A DNA stretch of 64,000 nt from the human T2T-CHM13v2.0 reference genome, Homo sapiens, in assembly GCF_009914755.1 (NCBI RefSeq), contig NC_060936.1; one strand, written 5' to 3'. Within the stretch, counting starts at the first letter, position 1. Each line of letters starts with the position of its first letter. The notes beneath the pieces are model-generated. The model ran no database searches. It had not been told where the DNA came from and was given only the letters and a program-made list of their open reading frames with translations. Positions 1 through 18,887 of the stretch are shown here, one piece after another. The position numbers and the translations under genes were made by a program.

Positions 1-563
1 CTTTCAAACATGGGGGGAAAATGCATTTTGGAAAACATCCTTTGATCATGTCAGGATTTTAGATTTAATAGTCTTACAAACCCCAAAAATATATGTCTAC
101 CCAGTACAAAGTTATGTAAATTGTTGCTGTTGTCATTTTCAATCAATCAATATGTAGAGACAATTTAGATAATTCAAGTCCCAAAAGCATTTATCCCAGC
201 TCCCACCAAATTTGCCTAGAAGATTTGCCTCAAATAAATCAACTAATTCACAAATTTTGATTTTATTTTGTGCTGTATAGATAAGGGATTGTTAGTCAAA
301 AAATGTACATTATGAAATTTTAAAAGACCATCCTACCACTTTAGTGACATTTTGAATTTAAAGCTGACAGTGTACTGTAATCCTTGACATCGATTTTATT
401 TGACAACTCAGATCTTTCAGATTTGAAAGAATTTTCAGCCAGCGGGGGATTGGGTACACATTCTAATATTAACTTAAAAGTAATAACTCCTTATTACCAT
501 TCGGTATTTATGAAGTTCTCTTTGGACTCTTACATCATTACTTTTCTCACCTCTCAAAATTAA

Positions 564-881
<318 letters not shown>

Positions 882-1862
882 TAAAATTACTTTCTTAAAT
901 GATTTATGGGGAAACAAACTTCTTAGATTTTGTGATAGGCTTCAATAATGTCTTATATGGTTTTTGAAGAGTGTTACTTTATGAAAATGGTTTTAACAAT
1001 ATAAATGTTCTCAAAGCATTAAAATATGGAAATAGTATAGTTCACCTCATAAAAGACTTTTTATTAGAAGTCTGCATATGTTATATACTTTTTCAACCAA
1101 ATGAGGCTCCTGGAAACTATGAAGTAAAATTTCAGAATTAATGAGTTCCCCAGAGACATTAAATCTAATAATTTAAAAAGTTGAGTGAGCTGCTGCTTAG
1201 ATGGTATAATATCTGTATGTGGAAACTCTTCTTTAAAATATGCATAGTAGGTAACTTGTTCCTAAAACACATTACAAAAATCTTTGAATATTCTATGAAA
1301 ATGAAAGGAATATCCTTGCCGTCCTGCAAAAATAATGTCTGGCTGTTGGTTCTACCTTTGGGTTCTACTGACTTTGGGTCACTTAGTAGGCTTTCTAATA
1401 ATTTTTTTCACCCCCTCAAAACCATAAAATACCTTTTCCTATTCACTTTTTAAAAGTTGATATAATTAATTAGCGGATACCAAAATTTTGTTTTGGTTTC
1501 TTTGAAGAAAACTATTATCTTGGAAAATAAAAATGCAGCCCTAATCTCAATATATACCAAAATTAATTTTGGAGATTAAAATTTACATTTTAACATATGC
1601 ATTCCAATGGCTTGATTCATTTAGTCTCTACTATGATATATTCAGAATTAGTTTGTGCTCTAAAGTAGATAAGATAAGGTAGACTCTACAATATGGTAGA
1701 CTCTTTCTACATATGTAATATCTTTTTCTATACCTTTAGGAAACATAACACCAGGGATATGTTTAGATAATAATGGCTTCAAAGGGGCATTGTCAATGTG
1801 TGAAGACTTAAATATAAGGATATTTTTCTATAGATCTAAACAAAAATCCCACTGTGAATTCA

Positions 1863-4486
<2,624 letters not shown>

Positions 4487-6429
4487 AAAACATAAACCAT
4501 AGGAAGACTGGCACATCAGAAATTTCTTCTGTTGTTTGCTATGTTTATTTTGTTCTATGTACAATACAATGTAAACTCTAAAATTATAGGTTAACAAGTT
4601 TGTGTCTCTGTCCTTGAGTTGTAATCATAGTATAATACAAGCAAAACCAGCAATATAAGTAGCATGATCCGTAAACATTTTTTCATGTTTATAATAGTTT
4701 ATTTCATGTGTGCATCAATATAGAAATTTAGAATATTTGGTTTCTGAAGGAAAAAGTTGTCTAAATAATTCTAAAACCCTCCATAGCATAGCATACACAA
4801 TAGTAATTAATATATTTCATTTGTACTTAACTAAATACACAATTTAACTGAAAATCTAAAATCTCACATTAATTTGATATTCTTAAAGATTATATCATAA
4901 ATATTAATCATAGAATTATATCAAAAAAGCAAACCCGTTTATGACCTTATTTATTAGTCAGAAAGCATTTACTGAGTATTTCCTCTTCCTGAATTTCAAT
5001 GCCAAATAATGATATTACAACCACTAAATATGAACATGAAATAGATTTAATAAAGTAGAAGAGAATGGGTTAGTCTCTTAAATTTCTTTGAAAATGTCAA
5101 AGTCGGTGAAATGCCAAAGATTTTATGTGGTATTTCTTTATATTAAAATGCTCTAATTTTTAGTAGCATAAATCTTAATGTAGACTATATTATCTGGTTA
5201 AAACTATAATGCAAAAATGATCCAAAATATTTTAAAAGATCTTATGCCACAAAAAAAGTATGGCTTCCCTTTGTAATGATGTGGATTTTTGAGGCAATTA
5301 CTTAGATCATTGAAATATACAATTACATATATATTTTAAATAAAACTATTTGAAGGCTTGATTTTCCTTCTCTCATATGTTGATACAAATTAAAAATTAT
5401 GAGTATCTAAAACTACGTGCATAAGCAGGCTGGAACTAAGAATGTCACAGTTGAACTCCAGAGACTAAATTTTAAAAGCAATGACAAAATTCTTGATTTA
5501 GGGAGCAGAAAATCGAACTTCAGGCTATAAAGTAATATTTAGGGTACATTAGGAGATACATAAAGTATCTCCAGTATACTGGAGAAGCGTGTGTCAGTAA
5601 TTCAATCAAAAAAATTTAAAATAAGTAAAAGCAGCACTGAAATGTATCTGAGTATTTATCAAAGCTGAATTTTTATTGGCAGTGACAATACGCTACATGT
5701 CTTTGTTTCTGCCAGATGAGCAACTATAAAATTTTCCTTTCCAGGCATGATTTGACTATGACATGAATAAATAGCTAAACATATTTTTGTTTGGTTTTAA
5801 TTATCTCAGGTTGGATCTATTATAGGCAGCATCAAGTGTGAAAAGTTAAGTATCTGTGCTTTCAAGAAAAGATTCTGGACTTCTGAATATCAGAAGAAAT
5901 AGCCGGTTTTCACATAAAGGGAACCAGAGTAAAACGCAGAGAGGTCTTGGAAACATCTGTGTCTGTTGGGAAGCATGAACTAAACCTTACATAAGAAAGC
6001 ACAATAGATTGAGGTTGGTGTAATCTGAAATATTTTCATTCTTCTGACATGAGGTAATCACGAATTCCAGTATTGTCTGGATTGTAACTATCTGCTAAGT
6101 TTACATTTGGGATTCTCCTCATCAAAACTAAAGAAAAGCTAATATTAGAATTTTAAATTCACCCATTCAAAATCTAAGTCCATTATATCGACCTCTATTC
6201 CCCCAACTGACAAGTCAGCAACGCCTTATTCTCCTGTTCCCATCAATAATACTATATATGTTTGTCAACTACATTTAGAATTTTAGAATTGTGTTTTACA
6301 TCAGTCTTCAATTAAAATAATGTGGCTGTTATAAACCCATAGATGTCATCTCTTTAACACTGGCCCTACGACCCAGCTTCATGTGCTGTGGAGAAAGGAA
6401 AACTCATAAATGTGAAATCTGAAGGCTCC

Positions 6430-6640
6430 ACATTCTGAAGCCGTCATCTAGGCAAACTTCGGCAAGAAGCTGAACTTCTATTCATTTATCAACAAAAGCA
6501 GAACAACCATAAGTTATGCATGCCTATCAGGATTTTTGCAACGATCAAATGGAAAAGGATGTAAAAAAAGTACTTTGTAAACTGAAAAGCTCTATGCATA
6601 TTCAAAGTGTACTTCAGATGGCATTCATAACAGTGATTTT
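6430..6640 (+). mobile_element. Degenerate MIR-family SINE
   Basis: MIR-like 3' segment GATCAAATGGAAAAGGATGTAAAAAAAGTACTTTGTAAACTGAAAAGCTCTAT. Boundaries approximate. Confidence 0.45.
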
Positions 6641-7279
6641 ATTATTCTTTTTCTTACTTTTCCTACCAACCTAATATAGGTTTTCATTACTCTCCTAATG
6701 ACCTCCATAATCTTGAACTAGTGCTTGCACTTCTGTATCTGATTCCAATTCATTCTACAGATATTTTCCCACACCTTTGGCCATGCCAAAATGTGCCTGA
6801 TTCTGAGTCAAAAAGTTTCTCGAAGATTCCAAAATTTCAATGGGATTCAATACATACTATCCAGTCTGTCATTACAGGCCTTCCACCATATAATCTTGAT
6901 CTACCTTTCTATGTCTGCATTTCTCATGAATTCCCTCTAATACATTATAACGTACTCAGAACCACATGGCCAAAGCAGAACTCGTCACCCACAATATCCA
7001 TCCTTTTTTGATTCCTACACTCCTTTCAGATAAATCACATATCATACTTTATTATGAACACATCTGGGATACTTCAACACAGATGTGAACTTATCCTTTC
7101 CTGAAATGCAGCATCACATTATACCTCTCTCAGGAAACATCCATGCTTTGCCTGGTATTTTGTTCCTGGAATTTTATTGCATTCTTGGCAGGAACATACC
7201 CTTCTTCAATCCATGGGCTGGATAGCAATCATCTTTAAATTCCCCTGCAGTAACTAGTGTAGTGACCCATACCTAATAG

Positions 7280-7611
<332 letters not shown>

Positions 7612-7650
7612 ATAGGGTTTTTATTATGCTATTCCAGAATGAGTTTCTAG

Positions 7651-7815
7651 CAATGGTCCTTAACCCAAATCTGAGTCAGGCCGACCTGGAGAGTTTTTTC
7701 AAATACTCACAGATGGACCACATCCTGAGCATCCTGAAGCAGCATCTGGAGAAGTGATATTTCAATAAAAGCTCTCCAGGTGATTCTCATGCATACCTCC
7801 AGTTAAAACCACTGC
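7651..7815. mobile_element. MER5-like hAT-Charlie MITE
   Basis: Ends CAATGGTCCTTAA...TTAAAACCACTG and internal AAGCTCTCCAGGTGATTCT. Confidence 0.5.
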
Positions 7816-9398
7816 TTTAAGTGGCCGCAATATGTATTTCTCGCAATCAGTAAGACAATTTCAATATATTTTCTCTTGATTATAGAAAGAGGTCAAGGTA
7901 TTCTATTTCATAGGATGGAGATGACAATGTCATCACAGAGATATTCAAAATATTCTTCAATATTAAAAAAAAACCCTTTTGAACATAGATCAAAAATATT
8001 TTAGGAGGTAGGTGATAAGATTACCTAAAGTCACGAATATGCTAATCAATGAAGTATTTTATGTGGTAACTTGGTGGTCAAAAGGATTACCATGAATGGG
8101 GGAAAGAGGTCAGGCTTTCACTTCTTTTCTTTGGAAAACTTTGTATATTTCTCATGCATGTTACAATATAAATAAACTGTATTTTTCCAGACTAATTTTT
8201 TCCAAAGCTACAAATTGTAAGATAGTTAGACACCATAAGATGATAACAAAATTGACAATAACAAACAATGCTGAGGTGCTTCAGAGTTGAACGACTAAAT
8301 ATCATTTTGACACAAGTGAAAGTTTCTTAACATGATATTGAGAACTCTGCTTTCTTTCATTAGAAGACTGTTTTTTGCTAAAAGCATCTTTATAAGAAAT
8401 CATTCATAAATGTTTTGAATATAACAGGAACAGAAATATTTTCAGTTTAAGGACCAAAAACTAACATACATTGGAGATGCTAACAGGAACTTGAATCAAA
8501 ATCATCGCCATAAAGCAGGTATTATCTTAATTTTTACAGAGAATAAAGTGCAATTAAAAGTTTCCTCTTTGTTACTGCTCAATTTTAAAACAGGAACTAG
8601 AATCCTATATATAAAAAAGAGATTGAATTTGCATATGACTTAGATGGTTTTTGTCTCCCGAACTAGTAAGATTGAAATGTAATGTATCTTAATTAAATGA
8701 ATGAGGAAACATCTAAGACGTGGTTTTTATGAAGAGAAATAAGAAATGTGGGACACATGAGTGATCTGCAGGCCACCTCAGATCAGGCACACTAAACTCC
8801 AAGCCTCTATTATTGCCATATAGAATTACTCTCATCTGATCTTCACACACTTTTCAGAAGCAACCAGACTTTCTCAATTTATTTTTAAAGAAAAGCAGAT
8901 CCTGATTCAGTAATAAAACACTATATGCTCTACTAACAGTATAATGAAACTACTAGCACCAATATTTGTAGCTATTGCCAAAGATTTTCTACATAGAATC
9001 CTTTGTAATGTCACTGCCTATTCTCCATTTTGTGTCTCTTTCACACACAGGTGAAGTCTCTGCTTGCTTACTTACTCATCTGTGTCTCAATCCCACAAGT
9101 AAAGGAGTATGAATTGGATTATGAATTTAAGTTATTTAGCCACCTATAGGAATGGAGAATTGGTATGACAAGTTGGCTTATTTATAATGTGGACATTTCT
9201 AGACAGTTGGTTAAAACCTTCTTTTCTAAATATATTTTTAAAGCTCCTGGTAAAAAATGTTGAGGATACAGAATTGCATTAAAAAAGGAGTAAAAAGTGT
9301 ATTACTTTTTAAGATTATCCAGGGATAATCTTTCTGATGGTTGATACATCTTTTCCATGTATATATTTTAAGAAAATATTCTAGATACACTGTATAAA

Positions 9399-9682
9399 GC
9401 TGCACTGTTCAATATAGTAGACATTAGCCACCTGCATTCACTGAGTACTTGAAATGTGGCTAGTATGAATTGATTGTTCCTGTAAGTATATACAACATAT
9501 ACTGTATTTCAAAGATAGTACATAAGAAAAATATCTCAATAATTTAGATACTAATCACGCTGAATACTTCTGATATCAATTTAAGATATATTATTAAAAT
9601 TAATTTTAACTGATTCTATTTACATTTTTAATATGGCTACTAGAAAATATGTGAGTAATTTACATTTCTATTAGACAGTACT
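9399..9682. mobile_element. MER33/MER3-like hAT-Charlie element
   Basis: GCACTGTTCAATATAGTAG..TAGCCAC..GAGTACTTGAAATGTGGCTAGT...TTTCTATTAGACAGTACT. Confidence 0.65.
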
Positions 9683-9744
9683 AGTATAAAGCACTCTGTA
9701 ATTTTCATTTTTCATTTTATTAAAAAAAGCATACTCCCAAATAA

Positions 9745-10083
<339 letters not shown>

Positions 10084-10252
10084 GCAATACTATTAATAGA
10101 TACATAATATTCCTTTTGATGGAAGTACCACAATTTAATTTGGACATCAGGGTTGTTCTATCATAAATAACTGAGTTGAACATTTTTACCACAAGCCTTT
10201 TTCAGTTTTCCAATATTACCTTAGAATAGATTCTTGGAAATAAAATTACTAG

Positions 10253-10521
<269 letters not shown>

Positions 10522-10773
10522 ATAACAGTATTTTTAAGGATATTAATACATGTAACTAAATTAGTTTCAAAAAATTTGTACCCATTTATAATACCTTAAA
10601 AATATAAAAATACCTATCTCAGTTCACCCTAAACAGCATTGGGTAATATATATTAAAATATTTGCCAGTTTCATTTAAAAAGTTATTTAGTTTAAATAGT
10701 TTACATTAGTTTAAATGTTATTTGTTATATATTAAGTTATATGTTTTAAATTCTTTTTTTGTTGATTAGTAGT

Positions 10774-13068
10774 TGACATGGTTTGGCTCTGTGTCCCCAC
10801 CCAAATCTCATCTTGTAGCTCCCATAATTCCCACATGTTCTGGGAGGAACCCTGTGGGAAGTAATTAAATCATGGGGGCGGGTCTTTCTCATGTTGTTCT
10901 TGTGATAGTGAATAAGTCTCACAAGATCTGATGGTTTTGAAAAATGGGAGTCTCCCTGCACAAGTTACCTCTTTGCCTGCTGCCCTCCACGTGAGACTTG
11001 ACTTGCTCCTCCTTGCCTTCTGACATGATTGTGAGTCTTCCCCCGCCACGTGGAACTGTAAGTCCAATTAAACCTCTTTCTTTTGTAAATTGCCCAGTTT
11101 CAGGTATGTCTTTATCAGCAGCCTGAAAACAGGCTAATACACTAAATTGGTACCAGTAGAGTGAGGTGTTGCTGAAAAGATACCCAAAAATGTGGAAACG
11201 ACTTTGGAACTGGGTGACAGGCAGAGGCTGGAACAGCTTGGAGGGCTCAGAAGAAGGTAGGAAAATGTGGGAAAGTTTGGAACTTCATAGAGTCTTGTTG
11301 AATGGCTTTCACCAAAAGCCTGATAGCGATATGGACAGTAAGGTCCAGGCTGAGGATGACGTACTTGTTGGGAACTGGAATAAAGATGACTCTTGTTATG
11401 TTTTAGCAAAGAGACTGGCGGCATTTTGCCCCTACCCTAACAATTTGTGGAACTTTGAACTTGAGAGAGATGATTTAGGGTATCTAGGAGAGGAAATTTC
11501 TAAGCAGCAAAGCATTCAAGAGGTGATTAGGGTGCTGTTAAAGGCATTCAGTTTCATAAGGGAAGCAGAGCATAAAAGTTCATGAAATTTGCAGCCTGAC
11601 AATGTAATATAAATGAAAATCCTATTTTCTGAGGAGAAATTCAAGTGGGCTGCAGAAATTTGCATAAGGAAGGAGGAGCCAAACGTTAATCCCCAAGACA
11701 ATGGGGAAAATGTTTCCAGGGCATATCAGAGGTCTTCATGTCAACCACTCCCATCAGAGGCCTAGATGCCTAGGAGAAAATGGTTTCCTGGGTTGGGCCC
11801 AGGGTCACTGTGATGCTCTGTGCAGTCTAGAAACTTGGTGCTCTGCATCCCAGCCACTTCAGCTTGGACTAAAAGAGGCCAAGTGCAACCTGACCTATTG
11901 CTTCAGAGGGTGGAAGCCCCAAGCCTTGGCAGCTTCCACATGGTGTTGAGCTGCAGGTGCACAGAAGTCAAGAATTGAGGTTTGGGAACCTCTGCTTAGA
12001 TTTCAAAAGATGTATGGAAACCCCTGGGTGCCCAGGAAGAAGTTTGCTGCAGGGGCGGGGCCCTCATGGAGAACCTCTGCTAGGACAGTCCCTACTGGGG
12101 CACTACCTAGTGGAGCTGTGAGAAGAGGGCCATGGTCCTCCAGACCCCAGAATGGTAGATCTGCTGAGAGCTTGCACCTTGCACCTGGAAAAGCCACAGA
12201 CACTCAATGCCAGCCCGTGAAAGCAGTCAGGAAGGGGGCTAAACCCTGCAAAGCTGCAGAGGTGGAGCTGCCCAAGACCTGGGAACCCACCTCTTATATT
12301 AGTGTGACCTGGCTGTGAGACACGGAGTCAAACGAGATGATTTTGGAGTTTTAAGATTTGACTGTCCTGCTGGATTTTGGACTTGCATGGGCCTGTAGCC
12401 CCTTTGTTTTGGCCAATGTCTCCCTTTTGGAATAGCTGTATTTATCCAATGCCTATATCCCAATTGTACCTAGGAAGTAACTCACTTGTTTTTTATTTTA
12501 TAGGCTCATAGGCAGAAGGGACTTGCCTTGTCTCAGATGACACTTTGGACTGTGGACTTTTGAGTTAATGCTGAAATGAGTGAAGACTTTGGGGGACTGT
12601 TGGGAGGGCATGATTGGTTTTGAAATGTGAGGATATGAGATTTGGGAGGGGCCAGGGGCAGAATGATATGGTTTGGCTGTGTCCCCACCCAAATCTCATC
12701 TTGAATTCCCACGTGTTGTGGGAGGGACCTGGTGGGAGGTAACTGAATCCTGGGGACAGGTCTTTCCCATGCTGTTCTCCTGATATTAAATAAGTCTTAT
12801 GAGATCTGATGGTTTTGAAAAATGGGAGTCTCCCTGCACAAGTTATCTCTTTGCCTGCTGTCATCCATGTAAGATGTGACTTGTTCTTCCTTGCCTTTTG
12901 CCATGATTGTGAGGCTTCCCCAGCCACTTGGAATTGTATGTCCAGTGAAACTTCTTTCTTTTGTAATTGCCCAGTCTTGGGTATGTCTTTATTAGCAGTG
13001 TAAAAACAGACTAATACAGTAAATTCTCAGGTATGTCTTTGTCAGCAGCATGAAAATGGACTAATATT
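10774..13068 (+). mobile_element. THE1 (MaLR) LTR retrotransposon: 5' LTR 10774-11141, internal 11142-12663, 3' LTR 12664-13018, extra LTR-end copy 13019-13068
   Basis: Two similar TGA(C/T)ATGGTTTGGCT...CTAATACA LTRs. Internal part starts (C)TAAATTGGTACCAGTAGAGTG and ends in a purine tract GGGAGGGGCCAGGGGCAGAA. Degenerate MaLR ORF in the ORF track (11166-11585). Confidence 0.93.
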
Positions 13069-14942
13069 CTAGTAAATTTCATTTTTAAAATATTCGCCTT
13101 TTTTAAAAAAATTGTTAAAGTCTCTGCCCCTTTGTTATTAGGTATGGGCATCTTCTTATTATTGTACTAGAGCTCTTTATACATTAAAGAAATCTTATTT
13201 TACTATATATGTTGCAATTTATTTTCTAATCATCTTTTAACTTTTTGTTGTACGATATTTTTACCTATAAAGCTTGATGTATTTAAATCTATGGACTACA
13301 CATAGCAATTCTCAGCTTGAGTTGCTGTGGGATGTTGAGTTAGAAAGCTAGGAATGTTGATACTACATTATGCCTACAGGCCAAATTAAAAACTAGTACT
13401 TTCAGATAACTTGAGTTCATTTTCAGTGATAGAGTTAATCCTAATTCAGCAATAGTGGCACTGGAGATAAAAAAATATATATATTTATTTTGGAAAGTTG
13501 GATTTATAACTCAGATGTTTTTGACAGACATGTATGAAACCTCAGGTCCACCCACTTGCCCTCATTCCAGAGCTTCCTATTTTGTCTAATTCACAATAGT
13601 CCCTTATAACATCACTTTTTACCATTTCTATTATTCAGGCTATCTCGACTTCTGATTTATTTTCTTTTTCACCAGGCTGCATTGTAAAAACTTTTTCTAC
13701 TGCTACGTTGCTCTCTTTACTGTTCTTTTCTTTCAGTATCTGTTTACTTTTAAAAAATTCATCCTCAGTATTTTGTTGTATAAATTGTGATACTGTTGCA
13801 AAATAAGTTTAGCCTGGTAACAAATATTTATACTCTTTTCATAAACATCTGTGTTTATTCCATCTTTTCATGTCATAAAACTATAAATAATTACATAATT
13901 AACTTCAGGAAATTCATTCGTTCTAGTGACAATGGAGGCAACATTCGATTATTTATTTCTAACAGATGCAAGAGTTGGCAACTGATTGGATTTAGTGGAT
14001 GACAGCAAGGGCAGGGTTAATATGGCTACGATCTCTCCAGTCTGCAAGGTTCGGGTTGTAGTAATGCCTAGGCCTTACATTCAAGAGATGTAAATCAATA
14101 AAGCCAAAGTAAATATAAAAATACAAAGATATCTATCTACCCTCCCACTGATAATTAGTCACTGCTCACCATTTTCTGTGTGCCTGGCTATTACCTCAGC
14201 TTCCCAGAACCTTCCCCTGGACTCCCTGGGCCACCCCATAATTCAGCAATTAAAAAGCTGGTTCTGGCAAAGAAAAGGCCTCCCAGGACCCTATTCCCAT
14301 TGTACAGCTCCCATCTATTTTGATGGCAGATAAATATTTTCAATATCACCTCTGGTAACCTCACAACAGAATAAAACTTGAGAGAGAAAAGGCAGATTTA
14401 GTGGTGAAATTAATATAACTCATTCAGCATCAAATATCAAGAAATATGCTCAATCTGTTCTTGGTAAACGAAGAGTTAACTCTAAAGGCCTCTTCTAGCC
14501 ATAAGATTCTAATATCACCTTATACCAGAATTAGAATTTAATTTGTATTCCAAATTTGACTGATGACATTCTAATGGAGATGAATTTAAATAGTAAGGTG
14601 GTTAAAAATAAAAATTTAAAATATAAATCTATTTGATGTTTTGAACTTGATAATTCTCCTGTTGGTGAACATTATCGGTATTTAGATATGGAATAAAGCA
14701 GAAAAAGTAATTAATCTGAATGACAAGAAAAGATGATAGATTCCTGAATATAAAATCTAAGGTACCTGCAAATTGTGAAAACAAGACTAAGAAAATGACA
14801 TCTAAATTAATTACTCACTATCTGAAGTTTCACCAGAGAAATAAAAGCTCTAATATTATTTAAGGTAATTTCATAATTTAAAATAAAGGGGATATAAGTA
14901 TTGATGGAGGACTGAGTGTTGATATAGAAAAATATCAGAGCT

Positions 14943-15255
<313 letters not shown>

Positions 15256-15402
15256 GAAAGATATCAGAGCTCTATTTTAAGTCCTCTCTTCTGTATTACT
15301 GAAGTAACATAGCAAGAAGCTACTACATTAAAGGCACTATAATCTACACTGTGAGGAATAATATGACAAAACACAGTCCTTGATTTCAGGTAGTTTATAA
15401 TT

Positions 15403-15744
15403 ACAGAAGTCTCCCCTACCCCTGCCCCCTTAACCACGGTTTCACTTTTTGTGGTTTCAGGTACCTGCTGTCAACTATGACCTGTAAGTTAGGTGAGTAC
15501 AGTACAATAAGATATTTTGAGAGAGACCACATTCACATAATTTGTATTACAGTATATTATAATTGTTCTATATTATTATTATTGTTCATCTCTTACTGTG
15601 CCTAAGGTAAAAATTAAACTTCAACGTCAGTATGTACGTATAAGAAAAAATAGAGCTATATAAAGAGTTCCGTACTATTCATGGTTTCAGGCATCCACTG
15701 GGGGTCTTGGAACATATTCCCCCAGAGATAAGAGACGATTACTG
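15403..15744. mobile_element. MER44A-like TcMar-Tigger MITE
   Basis: Matches recalled consensus: AGGTGAGTACAGTACAATAAGATATTTTGAGAGAGACCACATTCACATAA...GGTTTCAGGCATCCACTGGGGGTCTTGGAAC. Confidence 0.8.
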
Positions 15745-17531
15745 TGATATGAAGGACAAGGCAGAAACAAATAACTTCAATATAAATCATAATGTGTTAG
15801 ATATGCTGATAAACATTCCAAAGTGGCAAAGTAAACACACAAGAGAGAGGGATTAAATGACTTTCAATGTACAAGGAAAACCTTCATACAAATGACAGCA
15901 CTGAAATCGGACCTGAACAGAATATCAACAGGCAAAATGAACACAGAAGGGCTTTCCAAATGGTGAAGCCAAGCAAATATGTGGGATAGAAGAGCACAGG
16001 ACAAACACCAAAACTGCACAGTGAAACTGGCTGAAATACCACTTTCAAAAATCCTGCAAAGATCTTCTAGTAAAGGGCTGGTGTTGAACGTTTATATAAT
16101 TTTCTTAAAAATGTTACTGAAAATGAGAAAAAGCCTTTTCCTCTGAAACATTATCTGAAAGAATCCCAAACCATTCAAGGTAGGCAGGTGGATATATATT
16201 AAAAAAACACATTAAATAAAATTAAAATATTGTATAAAGATTGAAGTTTTTAGTTAAGTCATATTACCTGGAAAAATGTTGAACACATAATGAGTGCTCA
16301 ATAACAATTTCTTCATAAATTAATTAATATAATTTCTATTGAGTCATAAATAAATGAAGATGTACAGAAGTTAAAAATTGATTACCACTTCAGGTATACT
16401 AGATACATATATAATTAAATCAGTCTTTCTTGAGAGCAAGAATTATAGATTAAAGTGAAATGGGACAAAAAATTCACAAGCTAGAGTTGAGAAAAATCAT
16501 GACCTACATTTTTAGCAGCTGGAAGACTAGATATGTCAATGAATCACATATAGATTATGAAATTCCATTTATCAACATTTTAAGTCTGAAAGAAGTGATA
16601 CGTAAGGGAACAAGAAAAAGAGACTGAAACTTGCCTGTTAAATACAGGTTTAGGATATTCAGGGTTAACTGCAAGCAAATTGTAGGTTACCATTAAGGGA
16701 AGATTCCACAGAGTAAGTGAGGAAACAAAATAAATACGAAAAATATAAAAGGTTTACAAATGCTTCTTCTAAATGAGTTCTAATGTTTTAGACAATTCAC
16801 AAATACATTTCAGCAATAGGCAAGGAATCACTTGGTCATGATAATGCATAATCCCAGAATGAAAACATCAAGTGCATTGATCAAATATTATCTTCTAAGG
16901 TAACAACAGAAAATGACAGCATTTGTATGGCATTTTGCAGACAAATGAAGTTTGCATTTAATTATATAAATATCATTATTGAAATGACTACATTTGATAA
17001 AATACAGAGTGGTAAAAATGAAACTTTTACTCTCTCTGTTCACAAGCGGGGATTTTATGATGGACAGTTCACTAACTCAGCCTTTTCATCAAAGCATCAT
17101 TTTTCTGGTAGGCAGGAATCTACTTGGTGGCCCATTTACAATCAGTCCCACATCACAACCACATGGTATTAATGCAGCACTGTTCCACTAATGCTCCCTG
17201 AATTTTAATTTAAGCTACAAATTCAGCTGAAAAAACTTCAAGCAATTGAAGCTTTTCAAGGATACCGCTACTGATTGCTTTTCAACCAGCACAAGGCAGT
17301 TTCTCAGCACTTTAGCTTTTCAATTGTTAAAGTGAGCTTTAAATATTCATCCCCACCCATCTCAAAAAAAGAAAAAAAAAGAAATAGTGAGAAGTATAGG
17401 AATGATTTTAGCATTGTGGTTTAACTTGTTGAAAATTAAATACATTTCAACTGATTATTAATACCAAGGTCAAGCAATGCCTCTAACTCTCAGACCCTTG
17501 TCAATGTGTTTCAATAAAAAGAACAGGTAAC

Positions 17532-17862
<331 letters not shown>

Positions 17863-18133
17863 CTACATTAGCTCAAGATACCTAATTTAATGTCAACTGG
17901 TTACATGCTCAACAGCATTACCACATTTTTGTATGCTTCATAGATTTGTGAGGTGCTTCTTATAGAATTAATTTCAGTTGATGAATTTAGTTAAAAATGC
18001 CATCAGAATTCTGACACAAGAGGACACCAGTCCCTGAAGTGCCCAATCTGTGTGAATATCATTACAACAATTGTCTGAAATACTCTAGCTAGTAAAACAA
18101 AATGTGATTGTAAGCAAGTAAAGCATTTTCCAC

Positions 18134-18350
18134 TTTTTTTTTTTTTTTTTTAGACAGGGGTCTCACTCTGTCACTCAGGCTAGAAAGCAGTAGCATGATC
18201 ATTGCTGACTGAAGCCTCAACCTCCTGGGCTCAAGCCATCTTCCTGCCTCAGTCTCCCGAGTAGCGAGGACTACAGCCACATGCCACCATGCCCAGCTAA
18301 TGTTTTTATTATTTTCATAGAGACAGGGTCTTGTTTTATTGCTCTGGCTG
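18134..18350 (-). mobile_element. 5'-truncated AluJ-like element
   Basis: Poly-T, right arm and part of left arm. Short TSD CCACTTT. Confidence 0.85.
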
Positions 18351-18574
18351 CCACTTTAATATTTGACTGACATATTCTCTCTAGATTGAAAGAGCACATT
18401 GCCTTATTGGTTTTCTATGAGTAAATTTACATACAAAATAATACAGATATCTGACCAGCTTTTCCCCATTTTATAAGGAGTCAATTCTAGACTTCTACTA
18501 AATGCAGACAAACATTTCATCTGATATAAAGTTACTTATGATGCATATTACATGGACTTCATTAAAGTCTACGT

Positions 18575-18887
18575 AGTACCAACCAATATGGCAGCCCCTA
18601 GCCACATGCTGCTGTAACTTCAAATGTAGGTAGTCTGAATTGAGATGTGCTGTAAACATAAAATGTATACCACATTTCAAAGACTTAGTATTTTTAAAAA
18701 GTAAAAATCCTTCTTAGTAATTTTGTATTGATTCTATATTAAAATGACAATATTCTGGAAACATGGGATTAAATAAAATATATTAGTACATTAATCTCAC
18801 TGGTTTATTTTTACTTTGTAATGTTATCACTAGAAAATTTAAAATTATATATGTGACTTGCATTATATTTCCATTGTACAATGTTAG
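18575..18887. mobile_element. MER33-like hAT-Charlie element
   Basis: CCAATATGGCAGCCCCTAGCCACATG...TAGTCTGAATTGAGATGTGCTGTAA...AAGACTTAGTA...CATTATATTTCCATTG. Confidence 0.7.

Noticed and set aside
9311-9332. Perfect 10-bp inverted repeat AAGATTATCC-AG-GGATAATCTT
   Set aside because: Isolated and within chance expectation for 64 kb of AT-rich DNA.
11166-11585. 139 aa ORF in the THE1 internal region
   Set aside because: A fragment of the known degenerate MaLR internal ORF, truncated by a stop.
13950-14055. Plus-strand exon-like segment (TTTCTAACAG|ATGCAAGAG...GCAAG|GTTCGG)
   Set aside because: Stop after 9 codons in the ATG frame, weak donor, and it resembles degenerate L2 sequence.
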